A stretch of 63,820 nt of DNA, filler included. It is 6 parts of 6 records of this genome, joined end to end, with 100 filler letters (N's around TTAATTAATTAA, not from the genome) between each part and the next. Parts side by side here need not be neighbours in the genome. Positions count along the whole stretch, not along the records: positions 17,054 to 32,826 come from SRR20825019_2739; 5 more parts are not named here. One strand, 5' to 3'. The translations under genes were made by a program, and so were the position numbers. The notes beneath the pieces are model-generated. The model saw only the letters and a program-made list of their open reading frames with translations, ran no database searches and was not told the origin of the DNA. Shown here one piece after another: positions 21,371 through 30,811 of the stretch. The number at the start of each line of letters is the position of its first letter. Positions within the stretch are counted from its first letter, which is position 1.

Positions 21371-21817
21371 ATGATCCGGGTGCAGAAGGAAGACTTCGAC
21401 CTCGCCACCGAACTTTCCGCACTCAGCGCCGGGAACCACAATATCGGCGGTATCACCAGCTTTGTCGGACTGGTGCGCGATATGGCTGATGGCCAGCATG
21501 TCGGCGCCATGACGCTGGAGCATTATCCCGGCATGACCGAGAAGATGCTGGAGCAGATCGATGCGGAGGCCAACAAGCGCTGGCCGCTCGAAGCCAGCCT
21601 GATCATCCACCGCTATGGGCGGATGGAGCCGGGCGAGCAGATCGTGCTGGTCGCCTGCGCCTCCCCGCATAGGGAAGCCGCCTTCGAATCCTGCCATTTC
21701 CTGATCGACTGGCTGAAGACCAAAGCCCCATTCTGGAAGCTGGAAGAGAAAGACAGTGGCGCCGAATGGGTGGATGCGCGGGAAAGCGACGAGGATGCTG
21801 CGGCAAAGTGGGATTGA
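21371..21817 (+). CDS. moaE: Molybdopterin synthase catalytic subunit
   Basis: FVGLVR, LEHYPGM, HRYG, HREAAF, LKTKAPFWKLE. Confidence 0.96.
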   Translation: MIRVQKEDFDLATELSALSAGNHNIGGITSFVGLVRDMADGQHVGAMTLEHYPGMTEKMLEQIDAEANKRWPLEASLIIHRYGRMEPGEQIVLVACASPHREAAFESCHFLIDWLKTKAPFWKLEEKDSGAEWVDARESDEDAAAKWD

Positions 21818-22114
21818 GGGCCCGACACCAGGCCCTTTTCAGCGCTGGATTTGTCGCTCAGAGACCAGTTTTCACCGCCCTCGCAAAACTTTCCCCGGAA
21901 CGACACAGCCCTCTGAATTAGCAAGTTAAATTTCGCCTTTCCCCATGCGCAAACTGCATGCACCCCATGCGTAAAACGCAATTGCTGCAGCGCACGCCGT
22001 CACCCATACGGGGGGCGGCAATTACACGGGCCGATTGGCCGTTCGCACCACCCTGCGGACGGCCTTTGCTCTTCCCGGAGCAGTGCACGCCCGTCGCCGG
22101 ATGAGAAACCGACG

Positions 22115-22501
22115 ATGTGGCAGGGAGACCCGGCGATGGGCATTCGCTTGGTAGTGCGCGATTTACTGGACGTGGCGACGGAGTGCGGCCTTGAGGATTA
22201 TCCTTATTGGGCCGGTAGCGAGCGCCGTATCACCGACGCGGATATTCACCGCGCGCTGGCCGAAGACCGGCTGATCGCCCCCGACGACAATCGTGATCCG
22301 AATACCCCGATGAGCGCGGACGACCATGCCGCACGCGTTGCCTGGCTGGTCCGGCATGGTGACCAGAAGCGGATGAGCATCATCATCCGCAACGGCCGGC
22401 TGTGTGACGGCAACCACCGTTTCGCCGCCTGCCTCTTCGCCGGGATCGAATATGTCCGCTGCGTCATGATGGAATCCGAAGAGTTCGCCGCCGCAGCCTG
22501 A
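22115..22501 (+). CDS. Small hypothetical protein with ParB/sulfiredoxin-like motif
   Basis: IIIRNGRLCDGNHRFAA resembles the ParB/Srx DGxHR motif. Confidence 0.6.
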   Translation: MWQGDPAMGIRLVVRDLLDVATECGLEDYPYWAGSERRITDADIHRALAEDRLIAPDDNRDPNTPMSADDHAARVAWLVRHGDQKRMSIIIRNGRLCDGNHRFAACLFAGIEYVRCVMMESEEFAAAA

Positions 22502-22583
22502 CCCAGTTATCTCCGGGAGTTTGTTGTTAACCACCGGAGAGCGGCGCTAGACTCCGGAGTGTCTTTGTCTCCGGAGGTCCCCG

Positions 22584-22955
22584 ATGATCGGTGCCATTAC
22601 CCTGCTGCTCGGCTGTCAGCTGCTGGGAGAGTTATTCATTGCCGCCACCGGCTGGCCCCTGCCCGGCCCCGTCGTCGGCATGGTCATCCTGTTCACGGGC
22701 CTGATGATCCACGGCAAGGTGCCCGCACCGGTCGCCGCCGTTTCCGACACATTGCTGCGTAATCTGTCCCTGCTGTTCATCCCGGCCGGTGTCGGGGTCA
22801 TGCTTCACCTTGCCCTGATCGAGCGAGAATGGATCGGCGTCACCGCCGCCCTGGTCGGCAGCAGCGCCATCACCGTCGTGGCAACGGCCCTGCTCATGGT
22901 CGGCCTGAAGAAATTCTCCCGAGTCGGTCCAGATAGCGCCGGGGGAGATCTCTGA
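22584..22955 (+). CDS. CidA/LrgA family holin-like membrane protein
   Basis: QLLGE, PLPGPVVGM, LSLLFIPAGVG. Confidence 0.92.
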   Translation: MIGAITLLLGCQLLGELFIAATGWPLPGPVVGMVILFTGLMIHGKVPAPVAAVSDTLLRNLSLLFIPAGVGVMLHLALIEREWIGVTAALVGSSAITVVATALLMVGLKKFSRVGPDSAGGDL

Positions 22956-23674
22956 TGGAGAACGGCTTCAGCGATATCTGGGTCTACCTGTCAGCGAGCC
23001 CGCTGCTGCATCTTTTTCTGACCCTGCTTGCCTATCTTGGCGGCCAGAAACTCTATGAACGTCTCGGCATGCATCCGCTGGTCAATCCGGTGCTGATCGC
23101 TGTCATCGTTCTGGTGGCGATCCTGATCGTGACCCGTACGCCCTATCTGGTTTATTTCGAAGGCGCGCAGTTTGTGCACTTCCTGCTAGGCCCGGCCACG
23201 GTCGCGCTGGCCCTGCCGCTCTACCGGCAGGTCTCCCGCATCCGCAAATCCCTGCTTCCGGTTTTACTCAGCGTGATTTTCGGCTCTCTGGTCGCGACCG
23301 GCAGCGCCGTCGCCATCGCCTGGCTTTTCGGCGTCTCCGAAGCCACCCTGATTTCCATCGCTCCGAAATCCGTGACCACGCCGGTTGCCATGGGTATCAG
23401 CGAGAAACTCGGCGGCCTGCCCTCGCTCACCGCCGTCTTCGTCATTCTGACCGGCATTCTCGGCGCCATGATCGGCCCGCTGATGCTGGACCTGTTCCGC
23501 TTCAAGGACTGGGCGGCACGGGGTTTCGCCATCGGCATCACGGCCCACGGCATCGGCACCGCCCGTGCCATGCAGGTCAGCGAGGTCGCCGGCGCCTTCT
23601 CCGGCCTCGCGATGGGCCTGAACGCGCTCGCCACCGCAATCCTGCTACCGCTGCTCTGGCGATTGTTTTTCTAA
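22955..23674 (+). CDS. LrgB/CidB family membrane protein
   Basis: LLGPATVALALPLY, APKSVTTPVA, AHGIGTARA. Confidence 0.93.
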   Translation: MENGFSDIWVYLSASPLLHLFLTLLAYLGGQKLYERLGMHPLVNPVLIAVIVLVAILIVTRTPYLVYFEGAQFVHFLLGPATVALALPLYRQVSRIRKSLLPVLLSVIFGSLVATGSAVAIAWLFGVSEATLISIAPKSVTTPVAMGISEKLGGLPSLTAVFVILTGILGAMIGPLMLDLFRFKDWAARGFAIGITAHGIGTARAMQVSEVAGAFSGLAMGLNALATAILLPLLWRLFF

Positions 23675-23680
23675 ACGCCC

Positions 23681-24655
23681 ATGACCAGTTCACCGCGAAT
23701 CAACAAGCCCGCCGCCGGTATCGCGCTCGTTCTTGCGGCTATGCTTTCGATGTCGATCAACGATGCCCTGGTCAAAAGCCTGTCCGGTGACTATCCGCTC
23801 CATCAGGTGGTCTTCACGCGCGCCCTGATCGGCTTGGCCCTTTGTCTCGTCTTCGTCCAGTTCGAGGGCGGCTGGGCGATCCTGAAAACCCGGCAACCCG
23901 GCCTTCATATCTTTCGCGGCCTGTTGATCGTCATCGCCAACTCCTCCTTCTTCGCCGCCATCGCCGTGGTGCCTCTCGGCGAGGCGACCGCGATCTTTTT
24001 CGCCGCCCCGCTCCTGATCACCCTGTTTTCCGTGCCGGTGCTCGGCGAACGGATCGGGCCGGTCAGACTGGCGGCGGTTCTGACCGGTTTCGCCGGCGTG
24101 CTGATCATGCAGCGCCCCTGGGCCGATGCGGGCACCCTCGACGTCAGCCGGATTGTCCTTCTGCTGCCATTACTGGCAGCCAGTGCCTACGCCCTGCAAC
24201 AGGTGATTACCCGGCGCCTTGGCCTGGATTCCAAGGCCTCGGCTATGGCCGTCTACATCCAGTTCATCTTCCTCGTGGTGTCGATCCTTGTCGGTGCGGT
24301 CGCCGGTGACGGCCGGTTCGCCGAGGGGTTGGAAAACCCGAGCCTTCTGTTCCTGCTGCGCCCATGGATCTGGCCTGAGATGTTGGATATCTGGCGTTTT
24401 CTGGCCCTCGGGACCAACATCGCCATTGTCAGTTACTGTATTTCGGCGGCCTACCGGATGACCGATGCTGGAACCCTCGCGCCCTTTGAATATGCAGGCC
24501 TGATGATGGCCGTGTTCTGGGGATGGGTGATCTGGGGCGAAATTCCGGGCCCCGAAGTCGCGGCGGGGATCGTTCTGATCGTTGCTGGAGGTCTCGCCGT
24601 ATTCTTTCGGGAACGGCATCTGGAAGCACGCCGGAAACGGGAAGAGAACGCCTGA
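23681..24655 (+). CDS. DMT/EamA family transporter
   Basis: About 10 TM segments, FAAPLLIT, LGERIG, LAPFEY. Confidence 0.9.
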   Translation: MTSSPRINKPAAGIALVLAAMLSMSINDALVKSLSGDYPLHQVVFTRALIGLALCLVFVQFEGGWAILKTRQPGLHIFRGLLIVIANSSFFAAIAVVPLGEATAIFFAAPLLITLFSVPVLGERIGPVRLAAVLTGFAGVLIMQRPWADAGTLDVSRIVLLLPLLAASAYALQQVITRRLGLDSKASAMAVYIQFIFLVVSILVGAVAGDGRFAEGLENPSLLFLLRPWIWPEMLDIWRFLALGTNIAIVSYCISAAYRMTDAGTLAPFEYAGLMMAVFWGWVIWGEIPGPEVAAGIVLIVAGGLAVFFRERHLEARRKREENA

Positions 24656-24751
24656 TTTTCCCGAACTGTTCCCCATGCGCCGCAGCGCCGGGGAGAAGGC
24701 GGCGCCTCGGGACAAGACATGACGGATGTTAGGGATTAGGGTCCCCCCGCA

Positions 24752-25753
24752 ATGAGTGATACATCCGTGACCTCCATTAACCGCCCGACTTTCGGGATCG
24801 CCCTCATTCTGGTTGGAATGCTCGCGATCTCCATCAATGACATGCTGATCAAGCAGCTCTCCGGCGGCTATCCGCTGCACCAGATGGTCTTTACCCGTTC
24901 GGCGATCGGTATCGCCTTCAGTCTGGTGATTGTTCAGTTCGAGGGCGGCTGGCACATTCTGAAAACCCGCAGGCCTGGGCTGCACGCCCTGCGTGGCCTG
25001 CTGGTCGTGATCGCCAACATGTCCTATTTCGCCGCGCTCGCGGTGCTGCCGCTGGCCGATGCCACGGCGCTGTTCTTCGCCGCCCCTCTCTTCATCACCC
25101 TGCTCTCGATCCCGGTTCTCGGCGAGAAGGTCGGGCCGTTCCGCCTCGGTGCCGTGCTTGTCGGTTTCATCGGCGTGGTGATCATGCAGCGCCCCTGGGC
25201 CAGCACGGACGATCTCGGCGTCAGCCGCCTGGTGCTCGTGCTGCCCGTGATCTCGGCGATCACCTATGCCGGCATGCAGATCATGACGCGCAAACTCGGC
25301 ATGAGCAGCAAGCCCTCGGCGCTCGCGGTCTATATCCAGGTCATGTTCCTGTTGGTCGCGGGCCTGTTCTGGGTCTTTGCCGGTGACGGCCGTTTCGCGG
25401 AGGGAAGCGACAATGAAAGCCTGATCTTCCTGCTCCGCGCCTGGGTCTGGCCGGAGGGGATAGATTTCTGGCTTTTCGTCGGACTCGGCTTCAACTCGGC
25501 CGCCGTCGCCTACTGCCTCTCCGCTGCCTACCGTTCGGCGGACGCGGCAACCATTGCGCCCTTCGAATATACCGGCCTCCTGCTCGCCGTATTCTGGAGC
25601 TGGGCCATCTGGGGCTATCTGCCCGGCATCGAAGTGAAGATCGGCATCTTCCTGATCATGGCATCCGGCCTGTTCGTCTTCCTGCGCGAGCGCCAGCGCA
25701 ACCGCCCGATGGCAAGCGACCCGCCCGCCGGAACCGGCGCAACCCGGCGCTAG
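24752..25753 (+). CDS. DMT/EamA family transporter, paralog of the upstream gene
   Basis: Same motifs and colinear with 23681-24655. Confidence 0.9.
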   Translation: MSDTSVTSINRPTFGIALILVGMLAISINDMLIKQLSGGYPLHQMVFTRSAIGIAFSLVIVQFEGGWHILKTRRPGLHALRGLLVVIANMSYFAALAVLPLADATALFFAAPLFITLLSIPVLGEKVGPFRLGAVLVGFIGVVIMQRPWASTDDLGVSRLVLVLPVISAITYAGMQIMTRKLGMSSKPSALAVYIQVMFLLVAGLFWVFAGDGRFAEGSDNESLIFLLRAWVWPEGIDFWLFVGLGFNSAAVAYCLSAAYRSADAATIAPFEYTGLLLAVFWSWAIWGYLPGIEVKIGIFLIMASGLFVFLRERQRNRPMASDPPAGTGATRR

Positions 25754-25810
25754 GGCGCGGGCTCAAATGGCCGGCTGGAGCCGGAAGAGATTTTGGGCTC
25801 AGGGCAAGCG

Positions 25811-26704
25811 TTACAGAAGATCGTCTGGAAATTTTGCGGCCAGATGATCGATCAGGGCACGAACGGCCGGGGGAAGACCGCGCCGGGTCGTGAAAACCAG
25901 ATGCACAATGCCTTTCTGGCCACGCCATTCCGGCAGGACCCTGGCCAATTGCCCGGCTTCCAGCGCCCGCAGGCAGACATGCCAGGGCAGAAGCGCCACC
26001 CCGAGGCCGGCGATCGCCGCCTCGCGGACCGCCGTCATGTCCGCGCAACCGAGCCGTGCTTCCTGCCGATGCGTCATCTCCTGACCGTCAGCCGTCTCCA
26101 GACCCCATTCCGCTTCCGCGTCTGAATCATTGGTCGCCAGCATAGGCATTTTTGCCAGATCGTCCGGTTTGCGCACGCTGCTGGCCAGCGCCGGGCTCGC
26201 GACGAGTATGCGGGTCGAGCTGCCAAGGCTGCGCATGGTCAATTCGGCATCGCTGGCAAGCAAGACCCGGACACGCAGCGCCAGATCGATCCGCTCGCCG
26301 ATCAGATCGACCGGCCGGTCAGTCGCCAGCATTTGCAAGCGGACTTTGGGATGTTGTTGAAGGAAGCTGCCGATCAGGCTTGAGATCAATTCGACCATCC
26401 CGGTCGGACAACTGAAACGAATGAGACCCTGGGGTTCGGACCGGGCCTGCCTGACAAGCGCCTCGGCCTGCTCGGCTTCCTGCTGAACCGCCTTGCAGCG
26501 TTCGTAGAAAGCCTGTCCGATATCGGTCACCCGAAAGCGCCGGCTGGAGCGTTCTATGAGCCGCAGCCCCAAACGGTCCTCCAGTCGGGCAATGCGCCGG
26601 CTGAGTTTCGATTTGGGCTCCCGCAACACACGCGCCGCAGCCGCGAACCCGCCATGGCTCACAACTTCGGCAAAATAGGCGAGATCATTGAGATCAGATT
26701 TCAT
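25811..26704 (-). CDS. LysR family transcriptional regulator
   Basis: DLNDLAYFAEVVSHGGFAAAAR...KSKLSRRIARLE HTH, DLIGERIDLALR; start trimmed to MKSDL. Confidence 0.94.
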   Translation of the reverse strand: MKSDLNDLAYFAEVVSHGGFAAAARVLREPKSKLSRRIARLEDRLGLRLIERSSRRFRVTDIGQAFYERCKAVQQEAEQAEALVRQARSEPQGLIRFSCPTGMVELISSLIGSFLQQHPKVRLQMLATDRPVDLIGERIDLALRVRVLLASDAELTMRSLGSSTRILVASPALASSVRKPDDLAKMPMLATNDSDAEAEWGLETADGQEMTHRQEARLGCADMTAVREAAIAGLGVALLPWHVCLRALEAGQLARVLPEWRGQKGIVHLVFTTRRGLPPAVRALIDHLAAKFPDDLL

Positions 26705-26819
26705 CGTTCCACCAATAGAACGATACAACCCAATTTCAGCTACTACAAGAGCCAGCGTTTCAAGTTCATCTCTTATGCACACGGCGAGATGGTCTCGGCG
26801 GATAGCAACGGAGGGTAAA

Positions 26820-27569
26820 ATGGGAAAGTTCGAAAATCAGGTCATCGTGATCACCGGCGGCACCAGCGGGATCGGTCTCGGAACGGCCAAGGCCTTCGCG
26901 GCGCAGGGTGCCGCGGTCTACATCACCGGCAGACGCCAGGAGACGCTTGATGCCGCATTGCAGGAGATCGGCGGCAACGTGACCGGCGTGCGCGGGGATA
27001 TGTCAAACCTCGCCGATCTCGACCGGCTCTACGACACGGTCCAGCAGAAGCACGCCCAGATCGACGTCCTGTTCGTCAATGCCGGCGGCGGTGAATTCGC
27101 GCCACTCGGCGCGATCACGGAAGACCACTACCAGCGGACCTTCGACACGAACGTGAAGGGAGTCCTCTTCACCGTTCAGAAGGCACTGCCGGTCCTGCGC
27201 GATGGCGCGTCGATTATTCTGACCTCGTCGACCACCGGCACCGCCGGCACGGCGAATTTCAGCGTCTATTCCGCCAGCAAGGCCGCGGTGCGCAATTTCG
27301 CCCGCAGCTGGATCCTCGATCTCAAGGATCGCAACATCCGCGTCAATGTCGTCAGCCCGGGACTGACCGAAACCGCGGGCGTCACCGATCTGTTCGGCGG
27401 CGGCGACCAGGCAGAGAGCATCAAGGATCACTTCATCGGCTCCATTCCCTCCGGCCGGATCGGTCAGCCGGAAGATGTCGCCAATGCGGTGCTCTTCCTC
27501 GCCTCCAAAGACTCCAGCTTCATCAACGGGATCGAATTGTTCGTCGATGGCGGCATGAACCAGGTCTGA
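26820..27569 (+). CDS. Short-chain dehydrogenase/reductase
   Basis: TGGTSGIG, VNAG, YSASK; GGAGG RBS; divergent from LysR. Confidence 0.94.
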   Translation: MGKFENQVIVITGGTSGIGLGTAKAFAAQGAAVYITGRRQETLDAALQEIGGNVTGVRGDMSNLADLDRLYDTVQQKHAQIDVLFVNAGGGEFAPLGAITEDHYQRTFDTNVKGVLFTVQKALPVLRDGASIILTSSTTGTAGTANFSVYSASKAAVRNFARSWILDLKDRNIRVNVVSPGLTETAGVTDLFGGGDQAESIKDHFIGSIPSGRIGQPEDVANAVLFLASKDSSFINGIELFVDGGMNQV

Positions 27570-27675
27570 GGCGTGCCAGGCAGATCGATAGAAGGGGCAA
27601 GGACCAACGGGTCCTTCGCCCCGGGCCTGCAATTTCGGCGACTTTCACTCAACGCCATCTTAAGGAGAACTCACA

Positions 27676-28290
27676 ATGAACATCGGTATCTTAGGGGCGG
27701 CCACGGTCGGGCAAGTTCTCGCACACCATCTAGCCGCTGCCGGACACCAGGTGGTGATCGCCAACAGCCGGGGGCCTGAGAGCTTGCGCGATCTGGCAGA
27801 GCAGCTCGGGAGCCGTGTCTCCGCCGGGCATGTCCTGGAAGCGCTGGACAACCCGGTCGTCATCCTGGGTGTGCCATGGACAAGGGTACGCGACGTTCTC
27901 ACCCCCGAAATCGATTGGGACGGCCGTGTGCTCATCGACGCGACGAACATCTTCACAAGCTACGCCCCCAATTTCGAAATCGACAACCTGGGCGGGGATT
28001 CCGGGAGTGAAATCGTCGCGCGCCTGGCACCGTCCGCACGGGTGGTGAAAGCCTTCAACACGCTCCCCATCGAAAAGATGTTCGCACCAGTGCCAGCTGA
28101 CGGTTTGCGCCGGGTCCTGTTCGTCGCCGGCGATAACACCGATGCCATCGCCCTGGTGGAGCAACTCGTTACCGACATCCGCCTTGCGCCCGTTTCGATC
28201 GGCGCACTGGCGTCCGGGGGAAGACTGATGCAGCTCGGCGGGGCATTGAACAACCTGGAACTGTTTAGAGAAAGCACTGCACAGGAATAG
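27676..28290 (+). CDS. NADP oxidoreductase (F420-dependent NADP reductase-like)
   Basis: IGILGAATVG, ANSRGPESL, IDATN, VVKAFN, LFVAGD. Confidence 0.88.
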   Translation: MNIGILGAATVGQVLAHHLAAAGHQVVIANSRGPESLRDLAEQLGSRVSAGHVLEALDNPVVILGVPWTRVRDVLTPEIDWDGRVLIDATNIFTSYAPNFEIDNLGGDSGSEIVARLAPSARVVKAFNTLPIEKMFAPVPADGLRRVLFVAGDNTDAIALVEQLVTDIRLAPVSIGALASGGRLMQLGGALNNLELFRESTAQE

Positions 28291-28468
28291 GCGAAACGGC
28301 AGAAACCTCGTGTTGTTCGCGATGCGCCGTGGCCGGGTGACGGTTATTCAGACGGATATTTTGACAGCGGCTTCCGACCTCGCAGACTCCGGTGGCTTAT
28401 GCGACCGCTTCGACCCTAAGCGGTCGTAAGATTTTCTGGATAAGTTCCGACCGGTAAGGCAACTCAAT

Positions 28469-28696
28469 TCATCGAGATTTTTCAGCGAGAACCATCAGCC
28501 GTTTGATATGGGCGGCGAAAAACCATGTGGCGGGAATGCCCAGGACAAGTCCGCCGGCAATGGATTCATACGGGGTCAGCACAGGCCAGCCGAGCCAGCT
28601 GGAAATCAGCGATGCAAAGAACAGATTGACTGCGGCAGCGCCCGCACCGAATGGGTACAACCCTGCCAGCAGCTTCCATCCGGGCGCTTCCTTCAT
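28469..28696 (-). CDS. Small membrane protein of nor clusters (NnrT-like)
   Basis: LYPFGAGAAAVNLFF...; ATGA overlap with the upstream small ORF; downstream of norD. Confidence 0.7.
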   Translation of the reverse strand: MKEAPGWKLLAGLYPFGAGAAAVNLFFASLISSWLGWPVLTPYESIAGGLVLGIPATWFFAAHIKRLMVLAEKSR

Positions 28697-28872
28697 CGTC
28701 GGCTGACCAGCCATTGCACTGCTGCCAAAGCCAGCAGCAGGGCCACCGATGCCAGCAGGAACCAGCCCTCCGCCGTCGCGGTTTGCGGGTTCGGGACCGG
28801 GCGCTGGAAACTCGCTGCGTAGGCCTGGAAGGGTAGCAGCATAATAATACCGAGAAAGAGCAGCGATCGCAT
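28693..28872 (-). CDS. 59-aa NnrT-like small protein, absent from the ORF track
   Basis: Hand translation MRSLLFLGIIMLLPFQAYAASFQRPVPNPQTATAEGWFLLASVALLLALAAVQWLVSRR; begins 1 nt after the norD stop. Confidence 0.75.
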   Translation of the reverse strand: MRSLLFLGIIMLLPFQAYAASFQRPVPNPQTATAEGWFLLASVALLLALAAVQWLVSRR

Positions 28873-28873
28873 G

Positions 28874-30796
28874 TCAGGTCTCCTGTATCAGTGAGCGGTA
28901 GATATCCGGAAGGGCGCGGGTTAGGCGCATTGGATCGGGCAAAAGTGTGAAGCCCGCGCGGTTGAAGATCCGGGCGAACCAGTCCTGGCCGTCGGCGTCG
29001 ACGACGATGCCGTAGACCGACTGCCCCTGCATGCGCGCCTCGTGCACGGCCATGCGGCTGTCCTCGATACCGTGCACGCCTTCATAATGATCGAGATCGT
29101 TGGGTTTGCCGTCGGTAAGCACCAGCAGGAGCTTGCGCGCGGCAGTCTCTCCGGCGAGTTGTGCGGCGGTATGGCGAATGGCGGCGCCAAGCCGCGTGTA
29201 ATGGCCGGGACGCAGGCTGCCGATCCGCTCGGTGACCCGGGGCGACATCGGCGCGTCGAAACTCTTGCAGCGGGTCAGGAAGACACGGTCGCGGCGGAGC
29301 GAGGAGAAGCCCCAGATACCGAAACGGTCGCTGGCAGCATCGATACCGCCTGCAAGCGCCATCAAGGCCTCGCGCGCCGTGTCGATCACCGACCGGTCGC
29401 CGATCACGGCCTCGGTGGAACGCGAGCAATCCATCAAAACGGCAACGCAGAGATCGCGCTCGGTGACCCGCAGGCTCTGATAGATCCGGTCACTGGCCGA
29501 GCCCGTCACGCGCAACGAGACCTGAGCCGCGATCAGCGCGTCGAGATCAAGTTCCGCCCCTTCAATCTGACGCGGACGCATGATGCGGCGCGGATGCAGC
29601 GCCTCGAATTGGCGACGGACACGGGCAATCAGGCGCTGGTCGACCTTGATGTCCCGCGTTGGGTCGGCCATGGCTTCGGCCTCCAGAACGCGGCAGTGAT
29701 CGGGCATGTAGGCCCGCGCCCGGTGGTTCCATTCGGGGTAGGTGTGATGATCTGCCAGACGCTCGTGATCTGCATCCTGCGGTGCAAGGTCGAGATGCAG
29801 TCGCAGCCTCGTCGCGGCGCGCTTGTGATTCTGTGACAGGGTGATGTGATCCTGATCCTCCGCCGCTTTCTGCGCATTGTCCTGATCGTCATCATCGACC
29901 GAGCGATTGAGGTTCATGCTTTCGACCCAGCTCAGGATCGCCTCGAAGCGGTGGATGATGAAACTGTCCTTGCGATCGGCCTGCTCGCGCTCCTCGCGCT
30001 TGCCGATTTTTCGCGTGGTTGTCGCCAGCCCTGGCGGGGCCGTGCCGGGATCCTGCTCAGCGGCCGCATTGCTTGACGTGGCACGATCCAGCCGGAGCCA
30101 GACCGGCACCTCGGGCGGGGAGACATATCCCCGGGGCGCGCGTGCCGTTTCTGCGCGCGCCTGACGGATCAACGCGCACGCAGCTTCCGATAGCGGCGCA
30201 GGATCGCCAAGATACCGGCAGATCAGCTCCTCCATTGCGCTTTCCGTCCGTTGCGATGTGTGGGAAGTGCGTTTGTCGAGCACGTGCAGACGCAGCGCCT
30301 TATAGGCGTTGCCAAGCCCCGGACAGGCGGCAAGCGTGCGCGCCGTGGCAGCTTCCATCGCCAGAAGATGCGCCAGATCCCGGGAAAGCGGGTCTTTGGG
30401 TTGCTCCCGCGGGATCAGCTCTTCGCTGCTGGCGGCCACTGCCGCAAGCCACAGATAGGCGGCCCGGTTGAGGTCGGGTGTCGGGAACACGTCCATGACG
30501 GGCGGCAACCGGAGACGCTCGCCATCGAAGCTGGCCAGGTATTCGAGCTCCCGGCCGTCGCCAATAGTGCGTATGACACCCCGCCGATGCCGCGCCGCTG
30601 TCGCGGGTGATGCACCGATTTCAACGCCTCCATCACCACCCAACGCCCGGAACAGAACCGCAAGCGAGGCCCGCATCGCCTCAAGCGGTACGGCGCTCTC
30701 TTCATAGCCTTCCGGCGCAGCCATGCGGCTGGCCCAGTCATGCCAGAGATTGCCGACCGTCTCTTCGGGCTCCATCAGATCCAGCGGGCTGATCAT
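28874..30796 (-). CDS. norD: Nitric oxide reductase activation protein NorD (VWA)
   Basis: EPEETVGNLWH, YPEW, DCSRST MIDAS, YTRLGAAIRH, LTDGKPND.D.YEG. Confidence 0.95.
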   Translation of the reverse strand: MISPLDLMEPEETVGNLWHDWASRMAAPEGYEESAVPLEAMRASLAVLFRALGGDGGVEIGASPATAARHRRGVIRTIGDGRELEYLASFDGERLRLPPVMDVFPTPDLNRAAYLWLAAVAASSEELIPREQPKDPLSRDLAHLLAMEAATARTLAACPGLGNAYKALRLHVLDKRTSHTSQRTESAMEELICRYLGDPAPLSEAACALIRQARAETARAPRGYVSPPEVPVWLRLDRATSSNAAAEQDPGTAPPGLATTTRKIGKREEREQADRKDSFIIHRFEAILSWVESMNLNRSVDDDDQDNAQKAAEDQDHITLSQNHKRAATRLRLHLDLAPQDADHERLADHHTYPEWNHRARAYMPDHCRVLEAEAMADPTRDIKVDQRLIARVRRQFEALHPRRIMRPRQIEGAELDLDALIAAQVSLRVTGSASDRIYQSLRVTERDLCVAVLMDCSRSTEAVIGDRSVIDTAREALMALAGGIDAASDRFGIWGFSSLRRDRVFLTRCKSFDAPMSPRVTERIGSLRPGHYTRLGAAIRHTAAQLAGETAARKLLLVLTDGKPNDLDHYEGVHGIEDSRMAVHEARMQGQSVYGIVVDADGQDWFARIFNRAGFTLLPDPMRLTRALPDIYRSLIQET

Positions 30797-30811
30797 CGCA
30801 ATGCTCCCCGG

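Noticed and set aside
27594-27622. Hairpin GGGGC-AAGGACC-aacg-GGTCCTT-c-GCCCC as a terminator
   Set aside because: No U-tract and it lies between co-directional genes; more likely an mRNA stability hairpin, not supportable
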